Assembly: GCA_964187785.1 (NCBI GenBank)
Contig: OZ076409.1
Coordinates: 44,704,001 to 44,768,000, forward strand
DNA: 64,000 bases
Source of the DNA: Amphiscolops sp. MND2022
Lineage: Eukaryota
Direction: 5' to 3'
The notes beneath the pieces were generated by a model that saw nothing but the letters and a program-made list of their open reading frames with translations, searched no databases and had not been told where the DNA came from. Positions 27,401-42,400 of this stretch are shown in pieces; position 1 is the stretch's first letter, and the number at the start of each line of letters is the position of its first letter. Position numbers and translations under genes: made by a program.

Positions 27401-30400
27401 GATGACTCAGCAACATTATCCACAAGTGGGAAAATACAAATTAAGCGTAATAGATCAATAAAAAGCATACCTAGATGCCTAATTGCGCATATGCTAATTT
27501 AATACATCTGACGCGTTCGAACAAAGCACTTACATCAAGGAGTGATACTGCGTAGTTCACATCACTATTTTATATAATGCGTGATACAGTGAGAGTACAA
27601 GTATATTGGAGAGGGGTGTTAATGAAAGGTAATGTTAACACAGTTTGTTAAAAAAACTGTTTTAGTCTATGCTACTCAGAAGGTTTTGATCATCGTAATC
27701 ATTGCTGCTCCTCTGAGGATACCACATAGCTGTAGGGCTGTGAGAATGATCTGTAGGGATTAGGTTTAACATATTCTGCAAACTGTACGTATCTGTCATG
27801 CAATACGCAAGATTAGTAACAAACGAGGATGTTACCTGTACAGCACCGCCAAAAGGAAAGCACAAGTGAATATAAACAAGATTCATGAAGTGACGCTGCC
27901 ATACGCACATTGTCACAAGATCAGAGAAGAAAGAAACGAAAGGAGAAAATAGAAAATAAATGAACGCAGTTGACAACACAACATTGAAGAAATAAACTCA
28001 AACATTTTTACATGAATAAAATGTGACGTGGTCGTGATACATGCATCATCCATACATTTGTGCAGAATAAGCCAGTTTTATCTAGACATTAAACCCGCTT
28101 CTAGTATTTGACGTAGTTGTATTGAGTAGGTTAAATCGTGTGCTAAAAAGTACTTGCAATTTTATTACTCATTTCATAACCTATCATTTAGTCAATGTTG
28201 TTGCTACGACATTATCATATAGTAACATGTATTATCTTCAACGTTAGTGATACAATATCGGCATACTTTCACAAAAGCAATTATACTACATATAGTACTA
28301 GTATGTATTGAACAATGAATCATGTAACCATAGCAACGTACTATCACTGCACTCATACCATTAGACGCAAATTGCGCTACCAAACACAGGGTGCAAATTA
28401 ACACCATCACATAATGCAAAATGATTGGTTGATTAGGTCACGTGACCAACATCACCATACCAAACAGCAGGTGCCAACTGACGGCCATTAACTATTGCTA
28501 TACGACGACGTGCAGTTACCATCTACAACAACTTTGCAAAAACCTTCAGTTACAATATTTACCTGAAAATGGTCCTTCAATAATTCAATTAAACTTGAAA
28601 AACTTCCACATTTGTCTTTATGGTTAATACGAGATTTCAGACATCAAGATATATTCTAGTAGATATGAGCGGAATGGATAGAAGCAGCGACTCTGAGAGC
28701 GATAGTAGTGTACCCGAGATCCTTACGAGAGATCAAATAATCGAGTTCAAAAATGGTGATTTACTAAACTATCAGAATGATAATGATAGACATACAGTGG
28801 ACTTACGTTTTTCCGAAATGAATAAACAGATTAGCGACTTATCGAACCTCGTCCTAGCACTAACTGAAAAGATAGCCTCTAGCAATAGAGAAGGGAACGA
28901 ATTAAACACTGTCTCAATTGGACGCGAGACACATTCCGAAATGGCGACTGGAGTGGGATCAAGCAATGCCCAGACGAACCCATTGCGCTCATCAACATCA
29001 CACTACCCTCAGCCACCCGCACACCAGATTGACGACATAGTAACTGAAATCCACCACTTGAGAGATACCTTGACGGATTCTGTACATCATCCGAAGATTC
29101 TCCAGACCCAACTTCCTCTTTTCCTAGGGAACAGGGAGAAATATAACGAATTTGAACTTCTCCTACTCAATCATCTTCGACCACATCAACATGAACTGTC
29201 AGAAGAGCAGAAACTGACATACTTCCAGTGCTTGCTATGTGAGGATGCCATCTAGTTCTGGCAGTCATTCAAAATATTAAACCAAACAACGCTGGCACAA
29301 GTACTGCGTTACTTCAGAAAAGAGTATGCCAAAGACGATTTAAAAGAAGTGGCAAATACAAATTCGACCAGATGACCGACCGCTATGACCCTTCGGCAGA
29401 AACGTTTAATGATTTACTCAACAAAAACAAAAAAGAGGCCAAACAAGCATTTGGAGACAGATTGGGTGACATTACAGAGACGTTTCGGTTTGCAAAACTC
29501 CCCGTACAAAGGCAGAACGAATTAGCGATGGCAGGAAAGCACAGGGCTACAATGGAGGAAATTCGAACATTCGTACAACGAAGATGCCAAAATGCACAAC
29601 TCCTTCCAACTACCTCCAGTGCGCAACCATTCAACCAAATTAGTGCACCTCAGCCACACATTGCCACATCACAATCTTCCAATTCCCATCCCCAACAAAA
29701 CTGGGAAAACAAAAGAAGTTTGATGGACAATGCCGTCACTGCGGCATACACGGGCACAAATGGGCCAAATGTAGAAAACGACTTCGAGAAGAAAGTTAAA
29801 ACAATTCCACGAACCCGAACTCGCGAACTCGCGAACTGCAGCCCAGCCCAACCCAACAAACGAACAGAAATCCAAATACAACCCCAAATTGGTGCGCCAA
29901 ACTTGCGGAAAGGTGGGACACCCAGCCCGAGAGTGTTGCTACAGGAACACGACTGCGTCCGCATACCGTGGCGTCCCGTATAATAAACAGTCAACGGAGG
30001 AAAACAAGCAGTTCTGAAGTGACTTCAAATCGACCAACAAAAGGGTCTACAATACCATTGAGCTGTCCCACACAACACACGCAGAAGATAACGATACCGA
30101 AGAAACCAAAAGACATGATGACGAGGAAGATCCAAAAAATTCTAAAACCACGTCATCTTCCTCAATCAAACGAAAGTGCCCGCCCAAAACAACAACTACC
30201 CACTTCTACACCAACTCGACGGAAGACTTCAAACCACACGGGGTGGTAGTCCCGTGCCTCAACTTACACTAAGGAGACTACAAACTTCGTCATTACGAGA
30301 CATTCGACTGATAACTGCACCACTAAACCAAAAGAACGCAACCGACAACCCGAAGCCAACAACATGAAAACGTCATTTCCGAGCAATGACTTGAGCGACG

Positions 30401-33400
30401 AAACTAACGAAACCAATTAGCACTCACCTACAAAACCAAGCAACTCACCGAAGAAGACAAATAATGAAATCCGCCAGTTGAGCGCTACCCTGCAACTCAA
30501 CAAGAAATACAGGATGTCGTACGTACCACTCCAAAGCTGCTAGTTGAAAAATTCTGGCCTCCTTGACACTGGGGCAATTCAAAGTGCATTATCGGAAGCG
30601 GAACTTCGACGCATCCTAATAACTCATCCAGCTGCCCTTCTCCAAGAACTCCCCGCCCCGGAGTTTAAAGTTCAAATAGCCAACGGCAACATCGTGCCAG
30701 TGCGAAAAAAAGTGTTACTAAGTTTCTTCATTGGCTGCAAAATCTTCGAAGAAACATACATGCTGACCCCGACAATGGGAAACATACTCATTGGAATGTC
30801 ATTCTTCAGAAATAACTCCGTTACTCTAGACCTGGCCAGCAACATCGTCAAATTCCCGGACATAACCCTCCGATCAGTCAACATGATATTCAAGTACAAG
30901 TTGCTTGAATTGAAAACCACAATGACGACAGTAATCCAACCCAACCAACAAGTGTTCGTGCCAGTGGTGATTAAGCGTGACCTCGGAGACATCACTGGCA
31001 CTGTCAAAGGATTACTCGCGTTTGAGAGACGATCACACCTACTGGTCTCTCCGGCTCTCAGCGAAACTCGGGAGGGTCAGACCTACGTCCAAGTCACAAA
31101 CCCACTGGACTACCAAGTCACCGTGAATGTGGGTACGCCAATAGCGTCGTTCCAAATCATGACACACAAACAAGCCAGCAATTTGCAGCCGATGACCAAT
31201 CATCAACTCAATTTGATCTCACAACACCCAGAGGAAGCCACGGCAGTCTTGAATCAAGTTTTCCAGGATCCAATTGTAAAAACAGACTGACGATGGTACC
31301 CCACCTCTCAGACATGCAATGATCCATCAAAACTCAACAAGATTGAAAGACGAATCTATGATAAAATCGTCAAACTTAGGGGAGAGGAAAAGTTGGTTCC
31401 AACAGAGAGCGAGGAACAACGACAGGAATTTCTAGCAAACTTTCGGTGGGAACAATCAATACTGAACCTTCACGAGAAGCAGACAATCGAGGATTTATTG
31501 GGCAAGTACCATGACATCTTCGCTAGACACAGACTGGACATAGGAATCAACACCGAGTTCAAGATATAAAGTTGACTCCGAAGCACGACGAAACAGTGTA
31601 TGCTCAACCGACCGACGAACTTGAAAGATTATTTACTGGTTGAAATGGCGTTGATGCAGGAGTAGGGTATAATCACCACATTATCGTACAGCAAGTACTC
31701 CTCACCCTTATTCGCTCAACGCAAATCAAACGGGAAGCTCAGAATCTTTGTCGACCTCAGAAGATCTAACCATTTATTGAAGAATGATTACAACCAACAC
31801 AACCACCCAGTGACAACGATGGCCGATGCAGCACAACACATGGCTGGAAAACGATACTTTTGCAAATTGGACTGTTCACAAGCGTACCACTGCCTGCAGA
31901 TGGTCAGTCCAATCACTTGCATTCAATTTTGAAAGCAGAACCTTCGCCTTCCTCAGTTTAGCCCAAGGATTGAACCGGTCTCTGTCCGCCTTCAACAGTA
32001 CAGTTCGAGAGTACTTGGACCCCTTGGTGACGGTAGACAAATGCGCCCAATATGTTGACGATATCGGCATTGCAGCCAACACAGTCGAACTTGTCAACAA
32101 CGTTGAAGCAGTATTTAAAAAAATTAGACAGGCATTCTGAAGTTGTCAATGACGAAGTGTGCGGTCGATCACCCCGAGATCGAATTTCTGGGAAGAAGCA
32201 TTACCACCAAGGAGATCGCGCCAATCGAGGAAAAAATCGAAAAGTTTTTGAGGAACATCAAGTTACCGACGTCGGTGAAGTCACTACAACGGTATAATGG
32301 ATTTGTGCTGTTTTACCGCAGGTACATTCCGAGATTAGCTGGAAAACTGGTTCCTCTATACAAGTTGTTTCAGAAAAACGTCAGGTACGAACTCACCTAA
32401 ATATACAAAGATGCAATATTTGACATCAACGAGAACCGAACCTTGCCAATGCTGCAAAAATATCCTTACGACTGCCACTTCCTGACAAACAATTGGTGAC
32501 CATGTGCGATGCCTGTGAACATGCAGCTGGGTATGTCCTACCCATAGAGGACTATACAGACTCCAATGTTGGGCCGATGAAGTCATACGCCAGTAGCTTT
32601 CGGATCGCAGAGGTTTACCGATGGCCAGATGTCACTCACGATGAACGCGAAGGAGTTCCTGGCTATGAACTTTGCGTTTGATGAATTCGCACATATCTTG
32701 TGGGGTGTGAAGAAACCGACGATTGTCATGACCGACAACAAGGCCCTCACACGATTTTTCCAATCGAAGAGAATACCGCCCAAGCTGTGGAATTACTGCG
32801 ACCAGGCTCTCCAATTCGACTTCGTCCTGGCTCATGTATCTGGAGTCGAGCCCCGGCGGCGGAATACTTGTCCAGAATCGACATCAACCCTCAGGACAGG
32901 ATCCACCTCAAATTGCACGATGAGATATCTGTGTTCAAAGTTGAGATCGACCTCGCATCGAAAACGCCCAAACAAGATGATGACGAAGAAGAATGCATAC
33001 CCGACGAGACGAACGTGCCTGATGAAACGATATCACCAAACCCAACAATGCAGTCACTCCTGGCGATGTTCCCTCAATGGTGTCACGAAGACGAAGAGCA
33101 GTACCGTTGACGCATTGACGACATCAAGACCCAGGTGCAACTGTTTGTGACACCCTCTGACCCAACTCTCTTCTTCACCCGATTCTACCAACGGAACCAG
33201 GTTCATATGGTAAATCAGGTATGCCCTTCGGGTGTTTCAAAAATTGTTAGGGCTCAAGGCTTGAACAGTGAAAAGCAACGATTGATAAGGATCCTTGCTA
33301 AAGAAGAAACCCCATCCAGTCAAGTGAACTTTTCCAGTACGTTCTTTCAAAAACATTACACAAACCGTGAAAGGCTCGAAGTTGTAAACAACGTGCTGTA

Positions 33401-36400
33401 TAGTCAATTCTTTGACAACGTAGGAAACTTAGCTTACCGTCAAATCGTAGTCACTCCAGAAACTACGGAAGCCATAATCTGGACACTGCATAGCGACCCC
33501 ATGCAGGTACAACCTGGCGCTTCGAAAAATGCTAGGTGAAATTAGGAGAAGGTACTACGCCTAGAACTTAGCTGAAAAGGTACAGGAGTTTGTGAACAAT
33601 TGCCAAGACTGTATAAATGCGAAACCTGTATAAACTAGCACAGTTACAACACCATTTGAACCAATCTATGACCCCTGCAACGGTGCCAAAGACGTCCTGG
33701 AAATAGACTTAGTTGGTGAGCTACCGCAATCTAATGGGTACTCACACATTCTAATTGTCTGCGATAACTTCTCACGATATCTGTTTGCTGTTCCGATCCG
33801 GAAACCGGATACCAAATCTATAGTTGAAGCACTGTTAGACATATTCACGAAACATGCATATGTACCAAAGCATACCATTACCGATAAAGGCTCTGCCTTT
33901 ACTTCACCAGTCATCGAAGAACTGATGAGTACAGATGGGATTAAAGTATCTCATGCGACTGTCAAACACGCCCAAACAATTGGGATGATCGAGCAATCGC
34001 ATCAAAAGCTGAAACAAATCTGAAAAATAAACGTTGGGACCGGTACGTCAACCTCATCGTTATGGTTCACAACACGAGGTACCATCAAACTCTGAAATGT
34101 TCCCTGACTGAAGTCCTTCATTGCCGAGTACCCTACAATCCACTAGATCTCAAATTAGTCAACCCTCTAAGTTCGTCGAGGAACGCCACTGACACACAGT
34201 CACCAATGGACAACCTGAACGCTAAATTTAAAGAAACCTACACAAACATAATCCGAGCATTCCACAAGTACAAAGCGTGCTACGACCGGAAAGCGCAAGC
34301 ATCACCACTGAAAGTTAACGACTTTGCATCTTTTAAAGCCAGAAATCAGTACCCAATTGGAAAAACTACCTTTCTATTCCTTCAAGTGGGAAGGCCCCTA
34401 CAAGCTAGTTAAAGTTTTGTCACACTCTAAGAACATCGTTCTAAAAATAGGGACCTTCAAGACACAGTGTGTACACAGAATGAGGCTCCGCCCAATTGTA
34501 CCTTACGATCCAATTGAAGACTTAACAGACGACGCGAATCGTCATTACAGTGACCCTGATGCTATTGACGACCAGACATTATTCAATGATAACCTATCTG
34601 AATTCGAACGACCGACACCGATTGAAATCACAAATGAAATTGAAATCAACGAAACCGCAACTATAGACTCTGAACATGGAACGATTTATTATGAACGCAA
34701 GCAGGTCCGTGAGGTTCCATCTCCACCGAACTTTTCACCTGAAAACATCCGAACAGAAAACACACAACACACTGAATACGAGATTCCATCTGATACAGTA
34801 GCAACACCTCCGCTGGTTACTGAGAGCGAACAAAACGCCCTACTGAATGACGATGCGACGTCGACTACATCATCAACCGAAACGCCCGTACCTATAACAC
34901 ATAACAATACCACGCGATACAGCCTCAGAGAAGCACCCATCCCTAGAACATATAATAATCTTCTGGTTCATGAATTGCAAGCAAAACCTGCTCTCCTGAA
35001 ATTCATGGAACGAAAATCCACTAGTCAATAGAAAGTAAAAATTACATGCAATTATTTAGACATGACCCATACAACAACATGTACCCAACATACGAACATA
35101 AAATTAACTACCAGAGCGAGCTTGAATGAAAACTTTCCAAGGACGACTGATACTCACTGTCATACACACTCCGGATTACCGGCAGAGTAACGCTTTACTC
35201 TCTACCGAGACAGTTGACCGGAAAATAAATGCATACAACGCTGCTACCACTCAAAACATCACTACAGCAGTAATCTATAAGTACAAGCAATCAACATGTA
35301 AGCAATCAACATCACTAATTCAAGCAATTCATGTAAAATCGTAAGTGAAACCGACAAAAAGGGATTGTTCTGCGATTCCGAATGTAACGGACACACGCGT
35401 AAACATTCTACTTAATACTGATCAAAGAACACCCCGTGTTAAAGTAACAAGCCGGGACCGGCCCAAGTCGGCGCCATATCCAAGGCTCAAAAATAGCAAA
35501 AAGACTTCCAAGTGTCAAGTATTCGTTTACAGTAGTCGAAACTCGAAAATTTTTCGAAAATTTTTTTTTTGAAAAAATTACATACTAAAAAAATGGACCG
35601 AGTGGCGCGCCGGGGCTCGCTACCGCGAGCCCCTGGCGCGCTAACGTCTCACAATGCCGAAAAACTGAAAAGGGGGACCCTTTGAGGTTTTTCAACATCC
35701 ATTCTGTCGCAAAACATGAAAAAATTGAAGAAAAAAATTTTTTTATTTTCGGGAGAAAATCTCACAATGCCGAAAAAAACTGAAAGGAGGAACCCTTTGG
35801 GATTTTCCAACATCCATTCTGTCGCAAAACATCAAAAAAAATGCAGGGGGGACCCTTTGCGGAAAAAAAATTTCGAAAAAAAAATCCGAAAAAAATGTCT
35901 CGCAGTGCCGAAAAAAAATGAAAGGGGGGACTCTTTGGTCTCGCCCGGTATGATATGTTACGCGGAAAAACAGGTAAATTCATTTTGGTCCAGTTCGCTA
36001 GGCCAAATGGTGCTATTTGACACCATAATATTTTGTAGAACTTTTAAGAACTATTTTGGTCAGTTCGTGTGGATTGAAAAAAAAAAAAAAAAAAGAGTCA
36101 CTATAATAGTCGCGTTTCACTTCATGAAGCGCCGACTAAAAAACGAACTAAGCTACCCAGTTAAAGCTACATCAATCACACCTAAACCCCACCCACAGGC
36201 CTCACCATTCATCGTGTTGGCTGGGTGGGTGCGTCGTCAAAAATCGGGCTTGTGTGGTTGGCAGCGTCACAATGGGACGAAGCTTGCTGCTTGGGAAACC
36301 AGCGGCAAGTGGAGTCTGAGTTAGTTTTGTATAGAGATTTTGTGACGACAAACTCTTTTTCAAAAACCTGAACCTAAAATCAAGAGAAGAAACGACAGTA

Positions 36401-39400
36401 ACATGCAGTCGTCACACCCACTCGACTCTTAAGTCGTGAACGCCTTGTCCTTCCCGGTGATTCGTAGGCTTCGCCTCGTGCCAGAAAGAACACAGTAGAA
36501 ATCAAACACGCTCCAATGCAAACTACATACATGAAGTGAAATCCGAAGGATGGTCAATACCGCCCCTCACCTAACAAATAAATGTTAATCCATGGAAATG
36601 GGGTAACCCATCCCCAAGGACTGACAACTAAAAAGGACACACATCACGTATGATGCCGTCTGAGGACACACATCAACGAAGAATCTACCTATGAAATAAG
36701 TAGAACATGTAAAACAACTAAACCAAAACTACATGCATATGCTGACAAAACAAAACCAAGAAAACTAACTTATGTAAATTGATAAGTACTCATGAAACAT
36801 GTAAGCCACCCAGTTGAAATGCATTACATACAACTACACAGGGTGCCAAAAGAACCACTAATCAACATGAAAACATGCACAAACTCAAAATCAACACTGA
36901 AGTAAAGTACAAATGAATATTTAAGTCATGACGAGAAACAACAAAAAAACAATATATAGACATGTATCAGCATAAAGTCCATCAACAAGGTTGCCTTTCA
37001 GAAGAGTCTAGTGCAAAACGTTTCTGCCGACTCCCCGACGCTCCAGGAACGTAATCGTCCTTTGAATCATTCACATTAGCAAGACTCAATTTCTTGGATT
37101 GGCCAGGTTTCCCATCAGTTCTTCTGTTCCCCTTCTTTCCTCTGGAACTGCCTCCGTTACCACGCGCGCATCGTGATGAAATAGATACAGCACCACTGAC
37201 TCTTGTCAAAGACTGCACCGAACCTGTTTAAAAATGACAAATCGACTTCTGACTGAAGACAAGGCAGTTTAACTCCGAGCTTCCTTGGTAGTTTGCTACT
37301 TGTCGGGCTACTGAATCCACGATTCCCGCTACTCACAGGGCTGGTAATTACGGCCTCAATTACGTCCAATTGAGGTCAAATATTAGATCGGTAGTCGTCA
37401 GCCACCGGTGCCCCAGGCTTTACTACTTCGTTAGATTCGCAGGGATATTCGCAGGATGAAATTACATCGCACCAAAGTTTCGCTCAATCCATGCTTGAGC
37501 AGTTAGTCCCAAGGACACGAGCGATCCTCATCAGTCAAACGGGCCGTCCCCGTGTCAGTCCTTTCGCAGGTTCCAAGTAGACATTTCAACGAGCGACGAG
37601 TATGGCCATAGTAGTGCCCTTTTAGCCAGCTGCGTACAACATGCAAACTAGAACGAAGGGCATCAGCACTCATTGCCGTCTCTCCCACGTCTTCACAATC
37701 TAAAGCATCAGTACTGACAACACACACTCTGCACACTGGGTCGAACACCTCTCGCAACTGTGAAAAGCGACCCCAAGATGGGTACGATAACCATAGTGAA
37801 ATAACGTCATCGATCCCAATACCCGGGTCCCAGTCTGGCGCTTCCGGAACATTTGTGTAACTTCTCGGTTTTGCTGTTGGATCAGTCCACCGTCGTCAGT
37901 TTCCAGTATCCCGTAAAAGGTCAATACGGTACACGTCTCAACCAAGGAGTCTACCCGCCGATCGTCCGAACCACTTTGAATTAACACGGGGTCAAATGGA
38001 GTCAGACTGAAATACGTAATCCAATCCTGCCGGAATTCGGTGACTAATTCTTGACACATGCCAGCCAAAAGCTTCTGAACGGCTCGGTAAAAGTAAGGCA
38101 GCTGATCAGACACGTCGAATCGAAAATACTGTCCGAAATGAACCTTCTACAGCTCCTGGTTGGCTGGCTCCAGTTCACCACTCAGTGGTTGTAACAAGGC
38201 AGAAGTATAGTAGCTGGCAGGGATAGTACTAGCTGGGTAAACCAGTACGGCCATGGAAAGTCCGCACAAACGAGGACAAGCTTCCACAACTAAAAACAAA
38301 CAAACAAGCGGTAAATTCGAAACGTACTGGAATCATTCACCGCACACCGTAGCAGTACTATTACCACTGACACCCCCCCACACACACACGAACTCAACAA
38401 GATCCACTATAAGATATTCACGAAAAACACAACCACACACTGCGATCAAGGATGAACCGAAAAACGGCAAATCGCGGGCGCACCAAGGCGTCATCGAACA
38501 CCTGAGTTTCGATGGGGGCAGTCACTTGTAACCCGGAAGTTACTGATGGCCGATTACATCCGAAATAAACTGACAGGACACTCCACTGCTCAAAGATTTC
38601 CGCACAAATTGTTGCAAGTCGCTGTACACCCGATTCTCCGTACTGCACATACTGAAACGTTAAGAGACACATTCCAAAGCGTCAAGCCGGAATTAAAAAA
38701 TCGTTAGAAACATGAAATAGAGCACCTACACTACAACGACAATCCGCTATCCGCCGCTACGACTAACAGCACTTATGATGCATAATGCAATGAGCTCTAG
38801 ACCGGTTAACATGAAACTAAGGTTGTCATTACTCACACGTCGCAACTGAGGCAACCGGTCCAGCGCAGGATCTCTGATGACAGGCAAGAGCCGGTAGCAC
38901 AGGTAATCCAAAATTCCAATACGCTCGAGCCCCGCGAAACTGCCAATGAAAGCCTTTTGGAGATTGTCGTATATCGTCCCCACGTGAACAACCCCAGCAC
39001 AATGGGGCTCCGAGGTGATGTAATTAATGCCACGGCATGACCAACTCGGCTGTGCCCCTCTATCGCTACAGCCTGCAACCGGCCCACTTCGCACAAACAC
39101 AACAAAACTGGTACCAGAGTTTGAATGAAATGGGACTCCCAGCGGTCACCTCCGTCCACCACCGTTAAGACGATCGAGTCCACTGACTGCTCATTGACGA
39201 CATGGCATTCACAACGCCAGTACTGGCCATCCCGGCGGATTAGTAGGTAAAACGGACTGCGGGCTTTGACCAACTCATCTAATTGCTTATGGAAAAAAGG
39301 GTACAATCTATATAGGACTAAACTCTGAAACACACACGCCACAACCCATTACACGAAGGAAACCTAAAAACGTTTGACTTAGAAACAACAAAACTATCCC

Positions 39401-42400
39401 TCAGAACACGAAAAACAACCCTCCCCCCACAAAAACAAAATAAAAATACTATATAAACATACAAACATGAACCCATACACGCCAGTAACTTTCAATTCCC
39501 ACTATAGAATAGAAGCAAAACTCCAATTACCACAAAAAACACAAATTAGAACTCACCTGACATTGAGGGTACGTCAACGATCGCGTCTCAAGCTGCACCT
39601 CCGACTGCATGCAATTACTCCACGACTCCAAGCAACGAATCACACCTTCAAAGCGCACATGATTGGTAAAATTCACAACAAACTCACTGAGCTACAAGCA
39701 CAAGAATTGAGACCCAATAGGTGTTAACTGGGGACGGGATTGACTCGGCTGCTCTTCCTCCTCAATAGCGATCCTCTCTCAACTGAAAGGCTCAAGGTCA
39801 ATTTCAAGTAAAGCGGGGGTTCTGACATCCGCTCTTTCCGTATCCTTCGGTCTTAGACTGAACTCAGAGGCCGGCACGACTCGTGAAGAAGCGGCTGCTG
39901 CGTCATTATCCTGTATTTTGCTCTAACCGGGTATATTCGGCCCTTTTCCAGTGATTCCATAGGGACGATAAACTCGTCCAGCAATGCTTAAGTCTACTCG
40001 ACACAACAAGCAACGTGCATATCCATCCACCACCCGCTTGTGACGCGGGAAACCAACAAACGTCCCAACGACTCCAGAGACGAAATAAGACGGTTTGAAG
40101 ATTTTAGCCTTCCGACGTCGAACTATACCACAAACAAAACATAGCAGATCACAAACCGAGACAACACATGCTACCGGAGACCCTAAACACTTATTACAGA
40201 AACCCAAGTTTATAAAACTGAAACAAATGTTATGCTTTGTTCTGTCCAACTAAAACCTTACTACTAAAACTCCCTCATTTGATCTTTTGAGTTCTTACCA
40301 GGTTCAGCCGAAATGCCGCCACCACCAGCTACAGACGCAGTTGAACATTGCACACCAAAAGCTGATGGGACCACTGATGATGCATCCTTCTCAAACGCCT
40401 CCCGGCTCAATGCCACTGACGTTGATGGACTTGGGGGCGACTGCATTGCAACAGTTGACGACAAAACTGCACCTTGACCTCCAGAACCGCCGACTGGTCC
40501 AAGGGGCAAACAAGTCGCAACAATTTCCCCCAGAAGTGAAGTCAACGTTGCCATGAACTCGTTCACTAACGGAGCACCCACTGTACCGAGACGATCCAGC
40601 CGAGCGTCAACGGTGGCTTTCAAGAGACCGCCCATCTCCTTGGAGAGATAAGGGATAGCCGCCTCCAGATCACAGACTGACACAAGACGGTCAGACGAAT
40701 CCCCTAGAACAAGTACAACGCGTGAGAACATGGAAACTCTAAGCCAATGTACGGCCGGAAGATGATGCTGCGCTACACGCAACCTCCATACCTACACGTA
40801 GACAAGCCAACCAAGCACAGTCAGACAGTTCCAGAAAACAAAAAACAAGGATTAACATGCTTGCTTCGCTGAGATGCTTGCTCCCTCAAATTTGGGATAG
40901 AACTCGACGACGTAGAAGGTGCTTCACCGCGACGCCCAATCAATTGCTGAAGAGCGGTGACGATCTCTTCCAGAGTCAAACTTACTGCAATAAAAGTTCA
41001 ACGCAATAACTTACGATAAATTACCCCAGTGAGCATGTGTTTTTCCTGGGAAGTACAACAGAATAGCACGGAACAGCACTACATCCGTACTACACGTACA
41101 ACAAATTTTGTGGAGCGCTCAAAAACCAAACCGGGACAACGCCAGAAGAAAAAAAAACAAAAAAAGCCCAAGAAAGGTAATCGAGGAGCAGAAAACATTC
41201 ATGATACTACTTACGGAATTCGTCAGTTAATACGGCTTCCATAAAGGAATTGAATGTATCTGAGTTGACTGAGGGAAAACGGCCAGCGAATCGACAACAA
41301 GTGGGACTCACACCCACTTCAGCAGTTCCGCCGTCAGCCTCACTGACGACCTCCGCTTCTTCAGACGACATTACTTCCCCTTCGTCTACTAAACCGCCCT
41401 CCACAGATACCACAGTAGCGGCGACTTCCTCATCAGACAAAGCGATTGCCGACATCAATAACAACTACAATTTCTGAAAATATTGAGAAGAACGGGACAA
41501 TATTGTGAAGAACGGAATTTACCAAGGTTCGACGACACTTGCAAGGATCTGGTGAACTGATCACCTCCATTATCTAGGCAAAAGAAGCGCCTATCTACCG
41601 AAAACGAATTTCAAGTTCTAGAAATCGCATTCAATCAATGGTACATCCTCAAAAGACAACTCCTGTCTGAAGAAAAATTGAAAAACGCCAATTTTCGTCT
41701 TGTTCCATTTACTTATGCCTAGCATCCACCTGACCATGAAGCCTTCTACTTGGTATGCCGAGTTTGCCCAAGGAAAACCGACAATAATCGCCAATGATAA
41801 CAAACTATCAAATCACAAATCTAAACTGTAACTGTCAACGAGTAATTTCCCGCATATAACACGGTAGTTATTGTTTCCACACCCAACTTAGAATTGCCAA
41901 AACAGCACATTCGATGCCAAGAATTAACTGTTTCCGGTTCACTCACCTTTACTACCTCTACTCAAATCAGTATTAAAGCGCACGATTGGATGACGTGGCT
42001 ACTGACGTCACGACTATATGAACTATACTCTCTCACGACTGTACTTGCCGACTGAACGAACAACTTCTCGGGTTCCCTTAGAGATTAATACGCCAAATCA
42101 TATTTACTTCTTCACGCTTGTTAACAACTATTAAGTTCATTTTACTAAAACTGCCAACACTCCAACACCAATCTCAATTCTTTCGCTTCTCGTTCCCCGC
42201 GCATTCCTCTTTCTTTTCCAGAGGGGGAGTGTCATGCAATACGCATGATTACTAACAAACGACGATGTTACCTGTACAGCACCGCCAAATGGAAAACACA
42301 ATTGAAAATAAACAAGATTTCTGAAGTGACGGTGCCACACGACCAACGTCACAAGATCAGAGAAGAAAGGAACGAAAGGAGAAAATAGTGTAAAAAATGA

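Noticed and set aside
27662..28419. Hydrophobic minus-strand ORFs repeated at 42137-42930
   Set aside because: Chance ORFs in the two Gypsy LTRs; the duplication is explained by the LTR pair.
35716..36324. 202-aa Lys-rich ORF
   Set aside because: Lies in a non-coding HINE repeat with A runs.
35031..42220. env gene in the Gypsy 3' region
   Set aside because: No sense ORF with signal peptide, furin site or TM; the coding signal is on the opposite strand.
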